From: Rhizobium sp. Q54
Lineage (GTDB): Bacteria; Pseudomonadota; Alphaproteobacteria; UBA828
Assembly: GCA_945892755.1 (NCBI GenBank)
Contig: CAMDDO010000002.1
Coordinates: 58,418-122,417 of the forward strand
Length of the DNA: 64,000 nt
Direction of reading: 5' to 3'
Positions 1 through 10,207 of this stretch are shown here, piece by piece. The position numbers and the translations under genes are program-made. The notes below the pieces were generated by a model. It was not told where the DNA came from, made no database searches, and worked only from the letters and a program-made list of their open reading frames with translations. Position 1 is the stretch's first letter. Every line of letters starts with the position of its first letter.

Positions 1-1
1 C

Positions 2-2665
2 TATGTCAACGCCCACTATGCCAAGCTGCTGGCCCGGCCGGCCGAGGATTTCGTCGGCCGCCACGCGAGCGAGGTCGTCGGCGACGCCACGTTCGAACTC
101 CGCCGGCTCTATGTCGAGCGCACCCTGGCCGGCGAGACGGTGAAATACGAAGCCGAGATCGAGACGCCGACCGAAGGACGGCGCATCCTCGCGCATACCA
201 ACATCCCCATGAGGGGCGCCGACGGGGCCATTGACGGTTACCTCGTCATTGCGATCGACGTGACCGAACGGCGGCTGGCCGAAGACGCTCTGACACGCAA
301 GACCAAGCAGCTTGCCGTCATCTTGGATGCCTTGCCGGTGCTCGCGGCGCAGATCGATTACGACTACCGCTACCGCTTCGTCAATCGCGCCTATGCCGAG
401 TTCTACGGGCTTCCGGCCGCGCAGATCATCGGCCAAACCGTCGAACAATTTCACGGCAGTGAGCGCTGGGCCTTGCTCAAGCCTTACGATGACGCCGCAA
501 TGAGCGGCCAGACGGTCAAGTTCACCGCCACGGTCTCGCGCGCCGGCGAGGAGCGCAGTCTCGATATCATCGTCATGCCCGATCAACTCGGCAGCGGCAT
601 CGGCCGGGGCTATTTGGCGTTCTGCCAGGACATAACCGAGATCGTGGCGAACGCTCGCGCACTGGCAAAGGCGAAGGAAGGAGCGGAAGCGGCGAGCCGC
701 GCCAAATCCGAATTCCTCGCCACGATGAGCCATGAGATCAGGACGCCGATGAACGGCATTATCGGCATGACCGATTTGCTGCTCGATACGGCGCTCGACC
801 CCAAACAACGCCGTTTTGCCGACGCGGTCAATGAATCGGCGCAGGCCTTGCTTGTCCTGGTCGACGACATCCTCGACATTTCCAAACTCGAAGCCGGCCG
901 AATCGAGCTCGAAGCCTCGCCTTTCGTACTCGACGAGCTGATCGAAGGAGCGCTTCAGCTCGTGCTGCCGCGCGCCGCGCAGCGTGACAACGAGATCACG
1001 CTGTTCATCGCCCCTGATGTCCCGAACGCGTTGATCGGCGATCCCGGCCGCCTGCGCCAGGTCCTGCTCAATCTGATCGGCAATGCGATCAAGTTCACCA
1101 AGAAAGGCGCGATCGCGCTCAAGATCACGCGTCAAGGCGACGGTCAGGAGCGACCAACGCTGCGCTTCGAAGTGATCGACAATGGCCCGGGCATCCCGCC
1201 CGACGTTCAGCCGCGCCTCTTCCACAAATTCACTCAGGCCGACAGCTCGACGGCCCGCCGCTTTGGCGGCACCGGACTCGGCCTGTCGATCTGCCGAGAG
1301 CTCGTCACGCTGATGGGGGGCGAGATCGGCTTCAAAAGCGAGCTCGGAAGCGGCAGCACGTTCTTCTTCACGCTAACCCTGCCCCGGTCCGAGCGCGCCG
1401 ACGTGACGATCGTGCCGCAACTGCTCGGCGGCATGCGACTGCTGCTCGCCGACGACGATGCGCTCGGCATCGCCTTGGTTAAGCGGCAGCTCGAGGCGGC
1501 CGGCGCGGTGGTTCGCGCGGTCGAAAGTGCCGAGGAGGCGCTTGGCGCGGCGCGCGATCAACCGGCGGGCGTCGAACGATTCGACGCTGTCTTGCTCGAT
1601 CGTCGCCTGAGGGGGCCGCTCGGTCGCGATCTTGCTCGTGCCTTCCGCACCAAGATCGGGGCGACGGGAATCAAACTGATCGCGCTCGGCGGCCGGAGCG
1701 AACAGGCTTCTTCGGGCGAGGCGTGGCGCGAGGACGGTTTCGATGCTTGGATCGAGAAGCCGACGCGCCCGCGTCTCATGATCGAAACGGTTGCGCGCGC
1801 TTGCGGCCGGCTCGAAACCCCCAGCGAACCCCTCGATGCCGCCAAGGCAACGCCGCCGGCCCCCACCGCCGCGCCAAACAGCGTGGAGAGGTTTTCGGTC
1901 CTCCTGGCCGAAGACAACACGATCAACCAGCGCCTTGCGGCCACGCTGCTCGAGAAGGAAGGGCATCGCGTCGAAATCGTGTCCAATGGCCGTCTCGCGC
2001 TCGAGGCGGTCGAGCGCGGCGACTATGACCTTGTGCTGATGGACATCCAAATGCCCGAACTCGACGGACTCGAGGCGACCCGGCGGATCCGCGCGCTGGC
2101 CGGGGCCCGCGCGCGCGTGCCGATCGTTGCGATGACAGCGAACGCGATGAAGGGCGACGAGGAGATCTGCCTCGAAGCTGGCATGAACGCCTACCTCGCG
2201 AAGCCCATCGATCGGCAGAAACTTTCGGACAGTGTGCGCGAATGGGGAGCGGTAGGGCGCCAACTTCACGCGGGCACCATTCCCGCTGCGGTCAATGCCG
2301 ACGGGCCGCCGATCCTCGCGGGCCGGCTGCTCGACGATCTCGAGGCCCAGCTCGGGCGCGAAACCCTGACGTCGTTGATCGCCGAGCAGATGGAGGACAC
2401 GCGCGATCGACTGCAAGCGATCGCGCGCGCCCTCGGTGCCGGCGACGTGGATGCCCTTCGCCTCCTGGTTCATGGCCTGAGCAGCACCGCGGGCGGATTC
2501 GGGTTGATGATGCTCGCGGCGCGCGCCGGCGCGGTCGAGCGGGCATGCCGGGAGGACCAACGCGCCGTCGCGCTGAGCCTGGCGGGCACCCTTGAAGGCC
2601 TCGCCGGCAAATCGCTCGATGCTCTTTCCGAGCGCTATCCGGAGTGCGCCCGCAGGGTGGCTTGA
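2..2665 (+). CDS. Hybrid sensor histidine kinase (PAS repeats-HisKA-HATPase-REC-REC-Hpt), 5'-truncated by window edge
   Basis: Frame is open from nt 2 (YVNAHYAKLL..., PAS-like). H-box FLATMSHEIRTPMNG; N-box LLNLIGNAIKFT; G boxes DNGPG and GGTGLGL; receivers LLADDD..LLD and LLAEDN..LMDIQMP; Hpt-like LVHGLSSTAG. Confidence 0.93.
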   Translation, partial: YVNAHYAKLLARPAEDFVGRHASEVVGDATFELRRLYVERTLAGETVKYEAEIETPTEGRRILAHTNIPMRGADGAIDGYLVIAIDVTERRLAEDALTRKTKQLAVILDALPVLAAQIDYDYRYRFVNRAYAEFYGLPAAQIIGQTVEQFHGSERWALLKPYDDAAMSGQTVKFTATVSRAGEERSLDIIVMPDQLGSGIGRGYLAFCQDITEIVANARALAKAKEGAEAASRAKSEFLATMSHEIRTPMNGIIGMTDLLLDTALDPKQRRFADAVNESAQALLVLVDDILDISKLEAGRIELEASPFVLDELIEGALQLVLPRAAQRDNEITLFIAPDVPNALIGDPGRLRQVLLNLIGNAIKFTKKGAIALKITRQGDGQERPTLRFEVIDNGPGIPPDVQPRLFHKFTQADSSTARRFGGTGLGLSICRELVTLMGGEIGFKSELGSGSTFFFTLTLPRSERADVTIVPQLLGGMRLLLADDDALGIALVKRQLEAAGAVVRAVESAEEALGAARDQPAGVERFDAVLLDRRLRGPLGRDLARAFRTKIGATGIKLIALGGRSEQASSGEAWREDGFDAWIEKPTRPRLMIETVARACGRLETPSEPLDAAKATPPAPTAAPNSVERFSVLLAEDNTINQRLAATLLEKEGHRVEIVSNGRLALEAVERGDYDLVLMDIQMPELDGLEATRRIRALAGARARVPIVAMTANAMKGDEEICLEAGMNAYLAKPIDRQKLSDSVREWGAVGRQLHAGTIPAAVNADGPPILAGRLLDDLEAQLGRETLTSLIAEQMEDTRDRLQAIARALGAGDVDALRLLVHGLSSTAGGFGLMMLAARAGAVERACREDQRAVALSLAGTLEGLAGKSLDALSERYPECARRVA

Positions 2666-3789
2666 CGTCCGCGCTTGGTTCCGCCGCGAGCGGTCCCGAG
2701 GACATGGCGGACGATTTTTCTCGTGAGAGTCGGAAAAGCGTGGCGGTGAAAGCCGCTCGGCTTCGACCACAGCCCCGAGGGCGCGCGCGCCATTTCCACC
2801 CGACCGGCCATGACTCGCAGCTCGAGGTCGAAATGCGTGAAGCCGTGCGAGACCTCGCCCGGCAGGACCCGCCAAGCGGTTGCGACAGGCGCGTGGCGCA
2901 GCGCGCTACGGGCATCGGGCGCGTCGAGCTCCCAGGGTGTCGACGGCACGTCGATCATGCCGCCAAGCAAACCGCTTTCGGGTCGCCGCCTGAGCAGCAC
3001 GGCGCCATCGTCCCGCTCGAGCCAAAACACCACGCCATGACGCCGCGGCTTCAACTTGACCGGCGCGCGTCGCGGCAGCTCGGCCGCAATGCCGGCCTTG
3101 CGTGCCAGGCATGGCTTGGCCCAGGGGCAACCCAAGCAGCCGGGAGAACGCGGCGTGCAGATTGTGGCGCCGAGGTCCATCAGCGCCTGCGCATAATCGC
3201 CGGGGCGCTGGTCAGGCACGAGTGTCGCGGCCAGTCGCTTGAGTTGGGCCTTCGCGCGCGGCAAGGGGGTTTCGAGCGCGAACAGCCTGGCCATGACCCG
3301 CTCGACATTGCCGTCAACCACATTGGCGGGGCGGTCGAACGCAATCGCTCGGATTGCCGCGATCGTGTATTCCCCAACCCCTGGCAAGGCGTGCAACGCC
3401 TCTGGATCTTCCGGAACGATGCCATGATGATCTGCGACGACCGCTTGAGCGGCGCGATGCAGATTGCGTGCCCGCGCGTAATAGCCGAGCCCCTGCCAAG
3501 CATGCAGCACCTCGTCGAGCGACGCGTCGGCGAGCCGTTCGACGCTTGGGAAACGTGCGAGGAACCGGTCATAATGGCCGGCAACGGTTGGCACGGTGGT
3601 CTGCTGCAACATCACTTCGCTGAGCCAGACCCGGTAGGGATCGGGCCTTTGCCCAGGTTCGGCACGCCAAGGTAGGCGGCGGCGATGACAGTCGTACCAG
3701 GCGAGCAAGCGTTCAGGTAGCGCCATGCCGTCTTCGGGCGTCCCAGCCTTTGCTGACTTGTTGTGCTTCGCTGGCTTCTGTTTCGCCAT
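2635..3789 (-). CDS. mutY: A/G-specific adenine glycosylase MutY
   Basis: RRLPWR, WLSEVMLQQT, WQGLGYYARARNL, HhH LPGVGEYT, VDGNVERV, Fe-S motif CTPRSPGCLGCPWAKPC, NUDIX-like C-terminus. Start placed at ATG 3789. Confidence 0.95.
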   Translation of the reverse strand: MAKQKPAKHNKSAKAGTPEDGMALPERLLAWYDCHRRRLPWRAEPGQRPDPYRVWLSEVMLQQTTVPTVAGHYDRFLARFPSVERLADASLDEVLHAWQGLGYYARARNLHRAAQAVVADHHGIVPEDPEALHALPGVGEYTIAAIRAIAFDRPANVVDGNVERVMARLFALETPLPRAKAQLKRLAATLVPDQRPGDYAQALMDLGATICTPRSPGCLGCPWAKPCLARKAGIAAELPRRAPVKLKPRRHGVVFWLERDDGAVLLRRRPESGLLGGMIDVPSTPWELDAPDARSALRHAPVATAWRVLPGEVSHGFTHFDLELRVMAGRVEMARAPSGLWSKPSGFHRHAFPTLTRKIVRHVLGTARGGTKRGRQATLRAHSG

Positions 3790-3864
3790 GATTCCGCCAC
3801 CCCGATGCGTAGAATAGGGCGTGCGGCACGAGTCGCGAAGCACGGCGCAATCATCTGGGGCGAA

Positions 3865-4347
3865 ATGCCGGCATCCAAGCACGGAGAGCATCGGGTCGGC
3901 TTGAGGCGGCTGGCCGACGCGACGCAGGCGGCGGCCCGGCCTCTCTTGCGCGAGCACGGCTTCGCGCTGCCCGCGATTCTTTCGAACTGGGCGGCCATCG
4001 TGGGCGACGGGCTGGCGCGCGACTGCTCGCCCGAACGCCTGGCACGAGACGGTACGCTGACGATCCGGGTCGCCGGCCCGGTCGCAACCGAAATTCAGCA
4101 CCGCGAACCCGAGATTCTCGAGCGAATCGCGACCTATTTCGGTCACCGTGCGGTGCGCCGACTGCGTCTCGTGCACGGACCCCTGCCCAAGATGGTAGGG
4201 CGCGCCGCCCCAGCGCCCCGCCCGCTCGACGAGCTTGAAACCCGCGCGATCGACCATCTGACCGCGCCGATCCGCGACTCGACCCTGCGCTCGGCGCTAC
4301 GCCGTCTTGGTCTGGCCGTGCTCGGTGCCGAGCGCCGCCCGTCTTGA
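3865..4347 (+). CDS. DUF721/DciA-family protein
   Basis: WAAIVG..LA..C.PERL..GTLTIRV..ATEIQH..ILERIATYFG; typical position between mutY and dsbA-smc. Confidence 0.8.
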   Translation: MPASKHGEHRVGLRRLADATQAAARPLLREHGFALPAILSNWAAIVGDGLARDCSPERLARDGTLTIRVAGPVATEIQHREPEILERIATYFGHRAVRRLRLVHGPLPKMVGRAAPAPRPLDELETRAIDHLTAPIRDSTLRSALRRLGLAVLGAERRPS

Positions 4348-4373
4348 AGAGCGCGGACGGCTCCTCCTATAAT
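4344..4373 (+). promoter_or_regulatory. Putative sigma70 (or RpoH-like CTTGAA..CCTATA) promoter of dsbA-smc
   Basis: TTGAAG-18 nt-TATAAT just upstream of dsbA. Confidence 0.5.
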
Positions 4374-4396
4374 CGCCGCAAATGCGCAGGGATCCC

Positions 4397-5050
4397 ATGA
4401 ACGACAAACGCCTGATTTCGCGTCGCTCGCTATTGACCGTGCTGAGCAGTACGGCGGCGGTCGCGGCGACCTCGAGCTACACTTTGTCCTATGTCTGGGC
4501 CAAGCCGAGCAACGCGGCGAGCTGGGAGAATCCCGGCGACGTGGCGGTCGGCAACGCCGAGGCGCCGGTCGTGCTAATCGAGTATTTCTCGCTCACCTGC
4601 CCGCACTGCATGCGATTCCACCGCGAAACCTATGCCGCGTTCCGCCGCCAGTACGTTGAAACCGGCAAAGTGCGTTACATTTTGCGCGACTTTCCGCTGA
4701 ACGCGCCAGCGCTCGATGCCGCCAAGCTGGCCCATTGCGGCGGGCCGGAGCGCTATTTCGCGTTCATCGAGACGCTGTTCGAGCAGTTCGAGCAGTGGAC
4801 CGGCAGCGGCGATTATCTCAACGCCCTGGCCAAGATCGGCGAACTCGGCGGCGTCTCCGAGGCTCAATTCAAGGCTTGCCTGGCCGACAAGGAGCTCGAG
4901 GCCAGAATTCTCTCTGTCGCGCTCGAGGGCGAATCGAAATATAATATTGAGTCGACGCCATCGTTCGTGATCAACGGCAAGCTTCACACAGGCGAAATGC
5001 GGATCGAAAAGCTCTCCAAGATTCTCAATGATTCGATGCCCGAGATTTAG
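4397..5050 (+). CDS. DsbA-family thiol-disulfide oxidoreductase (Tat-like signal)
   Basis: SRRSLL signal, EYFSLTCPHC, cis-Pro STPSF. Alternative start at 4382. Confidence 0.88.
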   Translation: MNDKRLISRRSLLTVLSSTAAVAATSSYTLSYVWAKPSNAASWENPGDVAVGNAEAPVVLIEYFSLTCPHCMRFHRETYAAFRRQYVETGKVRYILRDFPLNAPALDAAKLAHCGGPERYFAFIETLFEQFEQWTGSGDYLNALAKIGELGGVSEAQFKACLADKELEARILSVALEGESKYNIESTPSFVINGKLHTGEMRIEKLSKILNDSMPEI

Positions 5051-5061
5051 GTAGGAATCGG

Positions 5062-8000
5062 GTGCATTTCACCAAATTGCGGTTGACCGGCTTCAAGTCG
5101 TTCGTCGAACCGACCGAGTTCCTGATCGAGTCTGGCTTGTCCGGCATTGTCGGGCCGAACGGCTGCGGAAAGTCGAACCTGGTCGAAGCACTGCGCTGGG
5201 TGATGGGCGAGACCTCCGCCAAGCAGATGCGCGGCGGCGAAATGGACGATGTCATATTCAGCGGCACCGAGCAGCGCGCGGCGCGCAATGTCGCCGAAGT
5301 CGCGCTTTGGCTGGACAATGCGACGCGTCAGGCGCCCGCGGCGTTCAATGACAGCGACACGATTGAGGTCGTGCGTCGCATCGAGCGCGACGAGGGCTCG
5401 GTCTATCGCGTCAACGGCCAGGAGGTGCGCGCGCGCGACGTGCAATTGTTGTTCGCCGATGCCGCGAGCGGTGCCCATTCCTCGGCCATGGTCGGCCAAG
5501 GCCGTATCAACGACATCATCAACGCCAAGCCCGCCCAGCGTCGCCTCATTCTCGAAGAAGCCGCGGGCGTCACCGGCCTGCATGCGCGCCGTCACGAGGC
5601 CGAGCTCAAGCTCAAGGCGGCCGAAGCCAATTTGTTGCGCATCGAGGACGTGCTCGGCGCGCTCGATGCGCAACTCCAAGGGCTGAAACGCCAGGCGCGC
5701 CAGGCGAGCCGCTATCGGCGGCTGTCCGAGAACCTGCGCCGGCTCGATGCCTTGTTGTTGCATTTGCGCTGGAGCCGCGCACGGCAGGATGCGGCCGATG
5801 CCTCGCGCGCGCTTGACGAGGCGAACCGCATCGTCGCGACGCTGACCGGCGATGTCGCCGCCGCCACGACGGCGGAGACCGAAGCCGGCGAGAGCCTGCC
5901 CACGCTGCGCCAGGCCGAGGCCGAGCTTGGCGCAGCCCTGCATCGCCTCTCGGTTGCGCGCGACGCGCTTGAGGCCGAGGCCCAGCGTTTGGCCGAAGCG
6001 CGTCAATCGTTGGAGACCCGCCTCGCCCAGATCGCGACCGACGTTGGACGCGAGCAGGGCTTGGCCCATGACGGCGCTGCCGCGCTCGAGCGGATCGCGC
6101 GCGAGATCGCCGCGCTCAATGCCGCGGTCGACACCGAGGCGGAGGCCGAGGCGGCGACCCGGGTAGCGCGCGAGAGCGCGCTTGAGACGGTTCGCGCGCT
6201 TGACCGGGGCCTGACCCTTCTGCTCGAGCAGGTCGCGACCACCGAAGCCCGGCGCGACGCGACCGAACGCGACATCGCGGCACTGGCCGAGCGGCGCCGG
6301 CGTACCGTCGAAGAGCGCGATGCGATCGAGCGTGAACGCGCCGAGCTGACCGCGCGCGCCAGCCATGATGCCGAGCGGCGCGGCGCCTTTGCGGCGGTCG
6401 CGACAGCGGCCGAGGCGGTCGCCACGGCGCGGGCCGCGTTCGAGTCCGGCGAGCAGTCGCGCGCAACCGCGCTCGCCGCGTCGAATCTGGCGCGCGACCG
6501 GATTCAATCGGTTGAAGCCCGACTCGCGCGCTTCAAGGCGGAGCGCGATGCGCTCGAATCGGTGCTCGGCAAACGCGAGCCGGGCTATGGCCCCTCGGTC
6601 GTCGACGTGATCACCGTCGAGCCCGGCTATGAGGTGGCGCTTGGCGCCGCGCTCGGCGATGACCTCGATGCGCCTGAAAACGAACATGCCGCGATCCATT
6701 GGGCGACCCTGTCGCCGCTGGTCGACCCGCCGGCGCTGCCGGCCGGTGCCGCGCCATTGAGCGCGGTGGTCGGCGCGCCGCCGGCTCTGGCGCGCCGGCT
6801 CTCCCAGGTCGGCGTGGTCGACGACGCCGATGGCCCTCGGCTGCGCGACGCCCTCAGGCCCGGTCAGCGGCTGGTCACGCGCAGCGGTGCGATGTGGCGC
6901 TGGGATGGCTTTACGCTCGGGCGCGACGCGCCGATCACCGCTGCGACCCGGCTCAAGCAGCGCAATCGTCTGACCGCACTCGCCAGCGAGATCGCCAAGG
7001 CCGAGCAGGAGCATGAAGCGGCGCTGCTGATCGGCAGCGAGGCCGAAGGCCAGCGGCGCGCGGCCGAAGACGCCACCGCCGCCGCCCGACATGCCGCTGA
7101 CCGTGCGCGGGACGCACATGATGCGGCGCTCGACCGTAAGGCCAAGCTCGACGCCGCCGCCGCCGCCGATGCCTCGCGGCTCGAGGCGCTTGGCGAGGCG
7201 GCCGAGCGCCTGGCCAAGGAGATTTACCAGACCGCCTTTGCCGAGACCAAGGCGGAGGCCGCGCTCGCCGCGTTGCCACCCTCCGACGCAGGACGGGCGG
7301 AAACCCTGAGGCTGCGCCAAGAACTCGATGCGGCACGTGGCGCGCTTGATGACAAGGCCCGGGCGCACGAACAGGTCTTGCGCGAGCGTGCCAACCGCGA
7401 GGCGAGACTGATGAGCCTCGCTGACGACCAGGTATCGTGGACGCAACGGACCGAAGGCGCCGCGCGCCGCCTGGCCGAGCTTGACAGCCGCCGGGCCGAT
7501 GCCGAGCAGAGCCTGGCTGCCATTCTCGGCAAACCCGACCAGATTGCCGCTCAGCGCGGCGAGCTCCTGAGCGAAATCTCTGCGCTCGAAACGCGCCGTC
7601 GCGCCGCTGCCGATGCGCTCGTGCAGGGCGAGTCGCGCTATGTCGAATCTACGCGGAGCCGCCGCAGCGCCGAACAAGCGCTGAGTGCAAGCCGAGAGGA
7701 CCGCGTTCGGCTCGAAAGCCGGCTCGACCATGCACGGGCTGAGGAGACCGACGCCGCCGCGCAGATACGCGAACGGCTCGAATGCGAGCCCGAACAGGCG
7801 CTCGACCATGCCGATCCCGAGCCAAACGAGGCGATGCCCGAGTTGGCCACGGTCGAGGAGCGCATTCACAAGCTCAATCGCGAGCGCGAGGCGATCGGCC
7901 CGGTCAACCTCAGGGCCGAGATCGAGGCGCGCGAGCTCGAAGAGCAGATCGAGATGCTAAGCCGGGAAAAACTCGATCTCGAAGCCGCGATCGCGCGCCT

Positions 8001-8520
8001 GCGCCAGGGTATCAGCTCGCTCAATCGCGAGGGCCGCGAACGTCTGCTCGCGGCCTTCACCGCGATCGACCGGCATTTCCAGGAACTCTTCACCCAGCTT
8101 TTCGGCGGCGGGCAAGCCCATCTGATGCTGGTCGATTCCGACGATCCGCTGCAGGCCGGCCTCGAGATCATGGCAAGCCCGCCCGGCAAGCGGATGCAAT
8201 CGCTAAGCTTGCTGTCGGGGGGCGAGAAGGCCCTGACCGCGCTAGCGCTGCTGTTTGGCGCGTTTCTGACCAACCCGGCGCCGATCTGCGTGCTGGACGA
8301 GGCCGATGCGCCGCTCGATGAGTCGAATGTTGGACGCTTCTGCTCGCTGATCGAGGATCTTGCCACGAAGGCGAAGACGCGCTTTATCGTCATCACGCAC
8401 AACCGGATCACCATGGCGCGGGTCGACCGGCTCTATGGCGTGACCATGGCCGAGCGCGGCGTTTCGCAGCTCGTTTCGGTCGATCTGGATGCCGCGGAGC
8501 GCCTGCGCGAGACTGCCTGA
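5062..8520 (+). CDS. smc: Chromosome partition protein SMC
   Basis: GFKSF, Walker A GPNGCGKSN, long coiled coils, LSGGEKAL signature, Walker B VLDEADAPLD, ITH. Confidence 0.97.
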   Translation: MHFTKLRLTGFKSFVEPTEFLIESGLSGIVGPNGCGKSNLVEALRWVMGETSAKQMRGGEMDDVIFSGTEQRAARNVAEVALWLDNATRQAPAAFNDSDTIEVVRRIERDEGSVYRVNGQEVRARDVQLLFADAASGAHSSAMVGQGRINDIINAKPAQRRLILEEAAGVTGLHARRHEAELKLKAAEANLLRIEDVLGALDAQLQGLKRQARQASRYRRLSENLRRLDALLLHLRWSRARQDAADASRALDEANRIVATLTGDVAAATTAETEAGESLPTLRQAEAELGAALHRLSVARDALEAEAQRLAEARQSLETRLAQIATDVGREQGLAHDGAAALERIAREIAALNAAVDTEAEAEAATRVARESALETVRALDRGLTLLLEQVATTEARRDATERDIAALAERRRRTVEERDAIERERAELTARASHDAERRGAFAAVATAAEAVATARAAFESGEQSRATALAASNLARDRIQSVEARLARFKAERDALESVLGKREPGYGPSVVDVITVEPGYEVALGAALGDDLDAPENEHAAIHWATLSPLVDPPALPAGAAPLSAVVGAPPALARRLSQVGVVDDADGPRLRDALRPGQRLVTRSGAMWRWDGFTLGRDAPITAATRLKQRNRLTALASEIAKAEQEHEAALLIGSEAEGQRRAAEDATAAARHAADRARDAHDAALDRKAKLDAAAAADASRLEALGEAAERLAKEIYQTAFAETKAEAALAALPPSDAGRAETLRLRQELDAARGALDDKARAHEQVLRERANREARLMSLADDQVSWTQRTEGAARRLAELDSRRADAEQSLAAILGKPDQIAAQRGELLSEISALETRRRAAADALVQGESRYVESTRSRRSAEQALSASREDRVRLESRLDHARAEETDAAAQIRERLECEPEQALDHADPEPNEAMPELATVEERIHKLNREREAIGPVNLRAEIEARELEEQIEMLSREKLDLEAAIARLRQGISSLNREGRERLLAAFTAIDRHFQELFTQLFGGGQAHLMLVDSDDPLQAGLEIMASPPGKRMQSLSLLSGGEKALTALALLFGAFLTNPAPICVLDEADAPLDESNVGRFCSLIEDLATKAKTRFIVITHNRITMARVDRLYGVTMAERGVSQLVSVDLDAAERLRETA

Positions 8521-8583
8521 GCGTCGTCGCGAGAGCACGAATAGCTAAGTAATTTCAGGCAGTTGACCTGAGGTCACAATACC

Positions 8584-8612
8584 TTGACAGGGCTGGGGCC
8601 GGTCACTATGGT
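8584..8612 (+). promoter_or_regulatory. sigma70 promoter of the atp F0 operon
   Basis: TTGACA-17 nt-TATGGT. Confidence 0.6.
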
Positions 8613-8654
8613 TCGCCCGGCTTTTTGACCATGGCCGGGGCGGAGCGGGGTCAA

Positions 8655-9017
8655 ATGGCGTCCGACGACAAGCGACCGCCCTCTTTGGAGGATATCGACT
8701 CCCGCCTGCGCAGGGCCCGCGAGAAGGAGAAGCCCGGCGACGGCCTGAAGACCCCGTCAAGCAATCTCGGCCGCGCGTTTACCTTGGCGGTCGAGATGGC
8801 CGCCGCGCTTGCGGTCGGTGGCGGGATCGGCTGGTATCTTGACAAGTGGCTCGATACCAAGCCTTGGCTGCTCGTCGTGTTCCTGATCATCGGGATTGCC
8901 GCCGGCGTCAAGAACGTGATGCGCCAGATCGCGCGCATCAACGCTGAGATTGAAAAGCAAGAACGGGACGCGGCCGAACAGGCTCGGTCGGAGCGGCCGA
9001 ACGGCGACCGGGGGTAG
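8655..9017 (+). CDS. atpI: AtpZ/AtpI-family ATP synthase protein I
   Basis: VGGGIGWYLDKWLDTKPW..G..AGVKN; first gene of the F0 operon. Confidence 0.88.
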   Translation: MASDDKRPPSLEDIDSRLRRAREKEKPGDGLKTPSSNLGRAFTLAVEMAAALAVGGGIGWYLDKWLDTKPWLLVVFLIIGIAAGVKNVMRQIARINAEIEKQERDAAEQARSERPNGDRG

Positions 9018-9025
9018 AGGAAGAA

Positions 9026-9844
9026 GTGGCGGAAGCAAGCGAAAGCGCTGGCACGGCGGTCGAGGCGGTAGGCGAACACGCGGGCGACGCCGCGGCGGAA
9101 GCCGCGGCGCATGGCGGCGAGAAGCACGGCCTGCTCGATCAGTTCAAGATCGACCGCTTCGTCGACATCGACCTCGGCTTCGACGCCTCGTTCAGCAATT
9201 CGAGCGCGATGATGGTCGCGACCGTCGCGCTGATTTCGATCTTCATGATTTTCGGGCTCGGGCGTCGGCGCATGATCCCGGGCCGCATGCAGGGCATGGT
9301 CGAAGCGACCTATGAGATGGTCGCGCGCATGCTGGGCGATACGGTCGGCGGCAAGGGCGCCGAACGCGCCTTCCCGCTGGTCTTCAGCCTCTTCATGTTC
9401 CTCTTGTTTGGGAACCTTCTGGGGCTGATCCCCTACGCCTTCACCTTCACCAGCCACATCGTCGTCACCTTCATGTTCGCCGCCGTGATCTTCATCGGCG
9501 TGACGCTTTTGGGCCTGATCATCCACCGCCACCACTTCTTCAGCTATTTCGCGCCCTCGGGCGTGCCGATTTTCCTGATGCCGGTCTTGGTGCCGATCGA
9601 GATCATCTCCTACATCGCGCGCCCCATCAGCCTCTCGGTTCGTCTGTTCGCCAACATGATGGCCGGCCACACAATTCTCCACGTGTTCGGCACCTTCATC
9701 GCGGCGCTCGCCTTCTTCGGCTTTCTGCCGTTCGGCTTCATGGTCGCGCTCTACGGCCTCGAGATTCTGGTCGCCTGCCTGCAGGCCTATGTGTTCGCGA
9801 TCCTCACCTGCCTTTATATTCGCGACGCGATCCACCTCCACTGA
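9026..9844 (+). CDS. atpB: F0F1 ATP synthase subunit a
   Basis: RPISLSVRLFANMMAGH, LQAYVF. Confidence 0.97.
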   Translation: MAEASESAGTAVEAVGEHAGDAAAEAAAHGGEKHGLLDQFKIDRFVDIDLGFDASFSNSSAMMVATVALISIFMIFGLGRRRMIPGRMQGMVEATYEMVARMLGDTVGGKGAERAFPLVFSLFMFLLFGNLLGLIPYAFTFTSHIVVTFMFAAVIFIGVTLLGLIIHRHHFFSYFAPSGVPIFLMPVLVPIEIISYIARPISLSVRLFANMMAGHTILHVFGTFIAALAFFGFLPFGFMVALYGLEILVACLQAYVFAILTCLYIRDAIHLH

Positions 9845-9909
9845 GACGAGCTGGCCCGCGCCGGGAGAACCCAACCCTCTAACCAAACCTAAGCAAAGGG
9901 ACGACGATC

Positions 9910-10146
9910 ATGGACGCGGAAGCGGCAAAATTATTGGGCCAGTTCATCGGCATGGGCCTCGCCACCATGGGCGTGGCGGGTGCCGGCGTCGGCATTGGCA
10001 TCATCTTCGGCAATTTCATCTCGGCCGCCGGGCGCAACCCGGCCGCCGCGCCGAAGCTGTTCGGCAACGTGCTGCTGGGCTTCGCGCTGACCGAGGCGAC
10101 GGCGCTCTTCGCCCTCGTCATGGCCTTCATCATTCTCGGCAGCTGA
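9910..10146 (+). CDS. atpE: F0F1 ATP synthase subunit c
   Basis: GxGxGxG, RNP loop, FALTEA carboxylate. Confidence 0.97.
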   Translation: MDAEAAKLLGQFIGMGLATMGVAGAGVGIGIIFGNFISAAGRNPAAAPKLFGNVLLGFALTEATALFALVMAFIILGS

Positions 10147-10207
10147 AGACCAGACCAAGGCGCGCCGGCGGCCAGTTTGCGGCCGCCCGTGCCCGGGAGT
10201 TCGCGCC

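Noticed and set aside
3790-4257. 156-aa N-terminal extension of MutY in the ORF track
   Set aside because: Overlaps the divergent DUF721 gene; MutY similarity begins only after ATG 3789.
5047-7869. 940-aa antisense ORF, and similar long ORFs (1373-2875, 11690-13069, 32058-33299, 43795-45558, 48001-49404)
   Set aside because: Shadow ORFs overlapping well-supported genes; expected in GC-rich DNA; no recognisable motifs.
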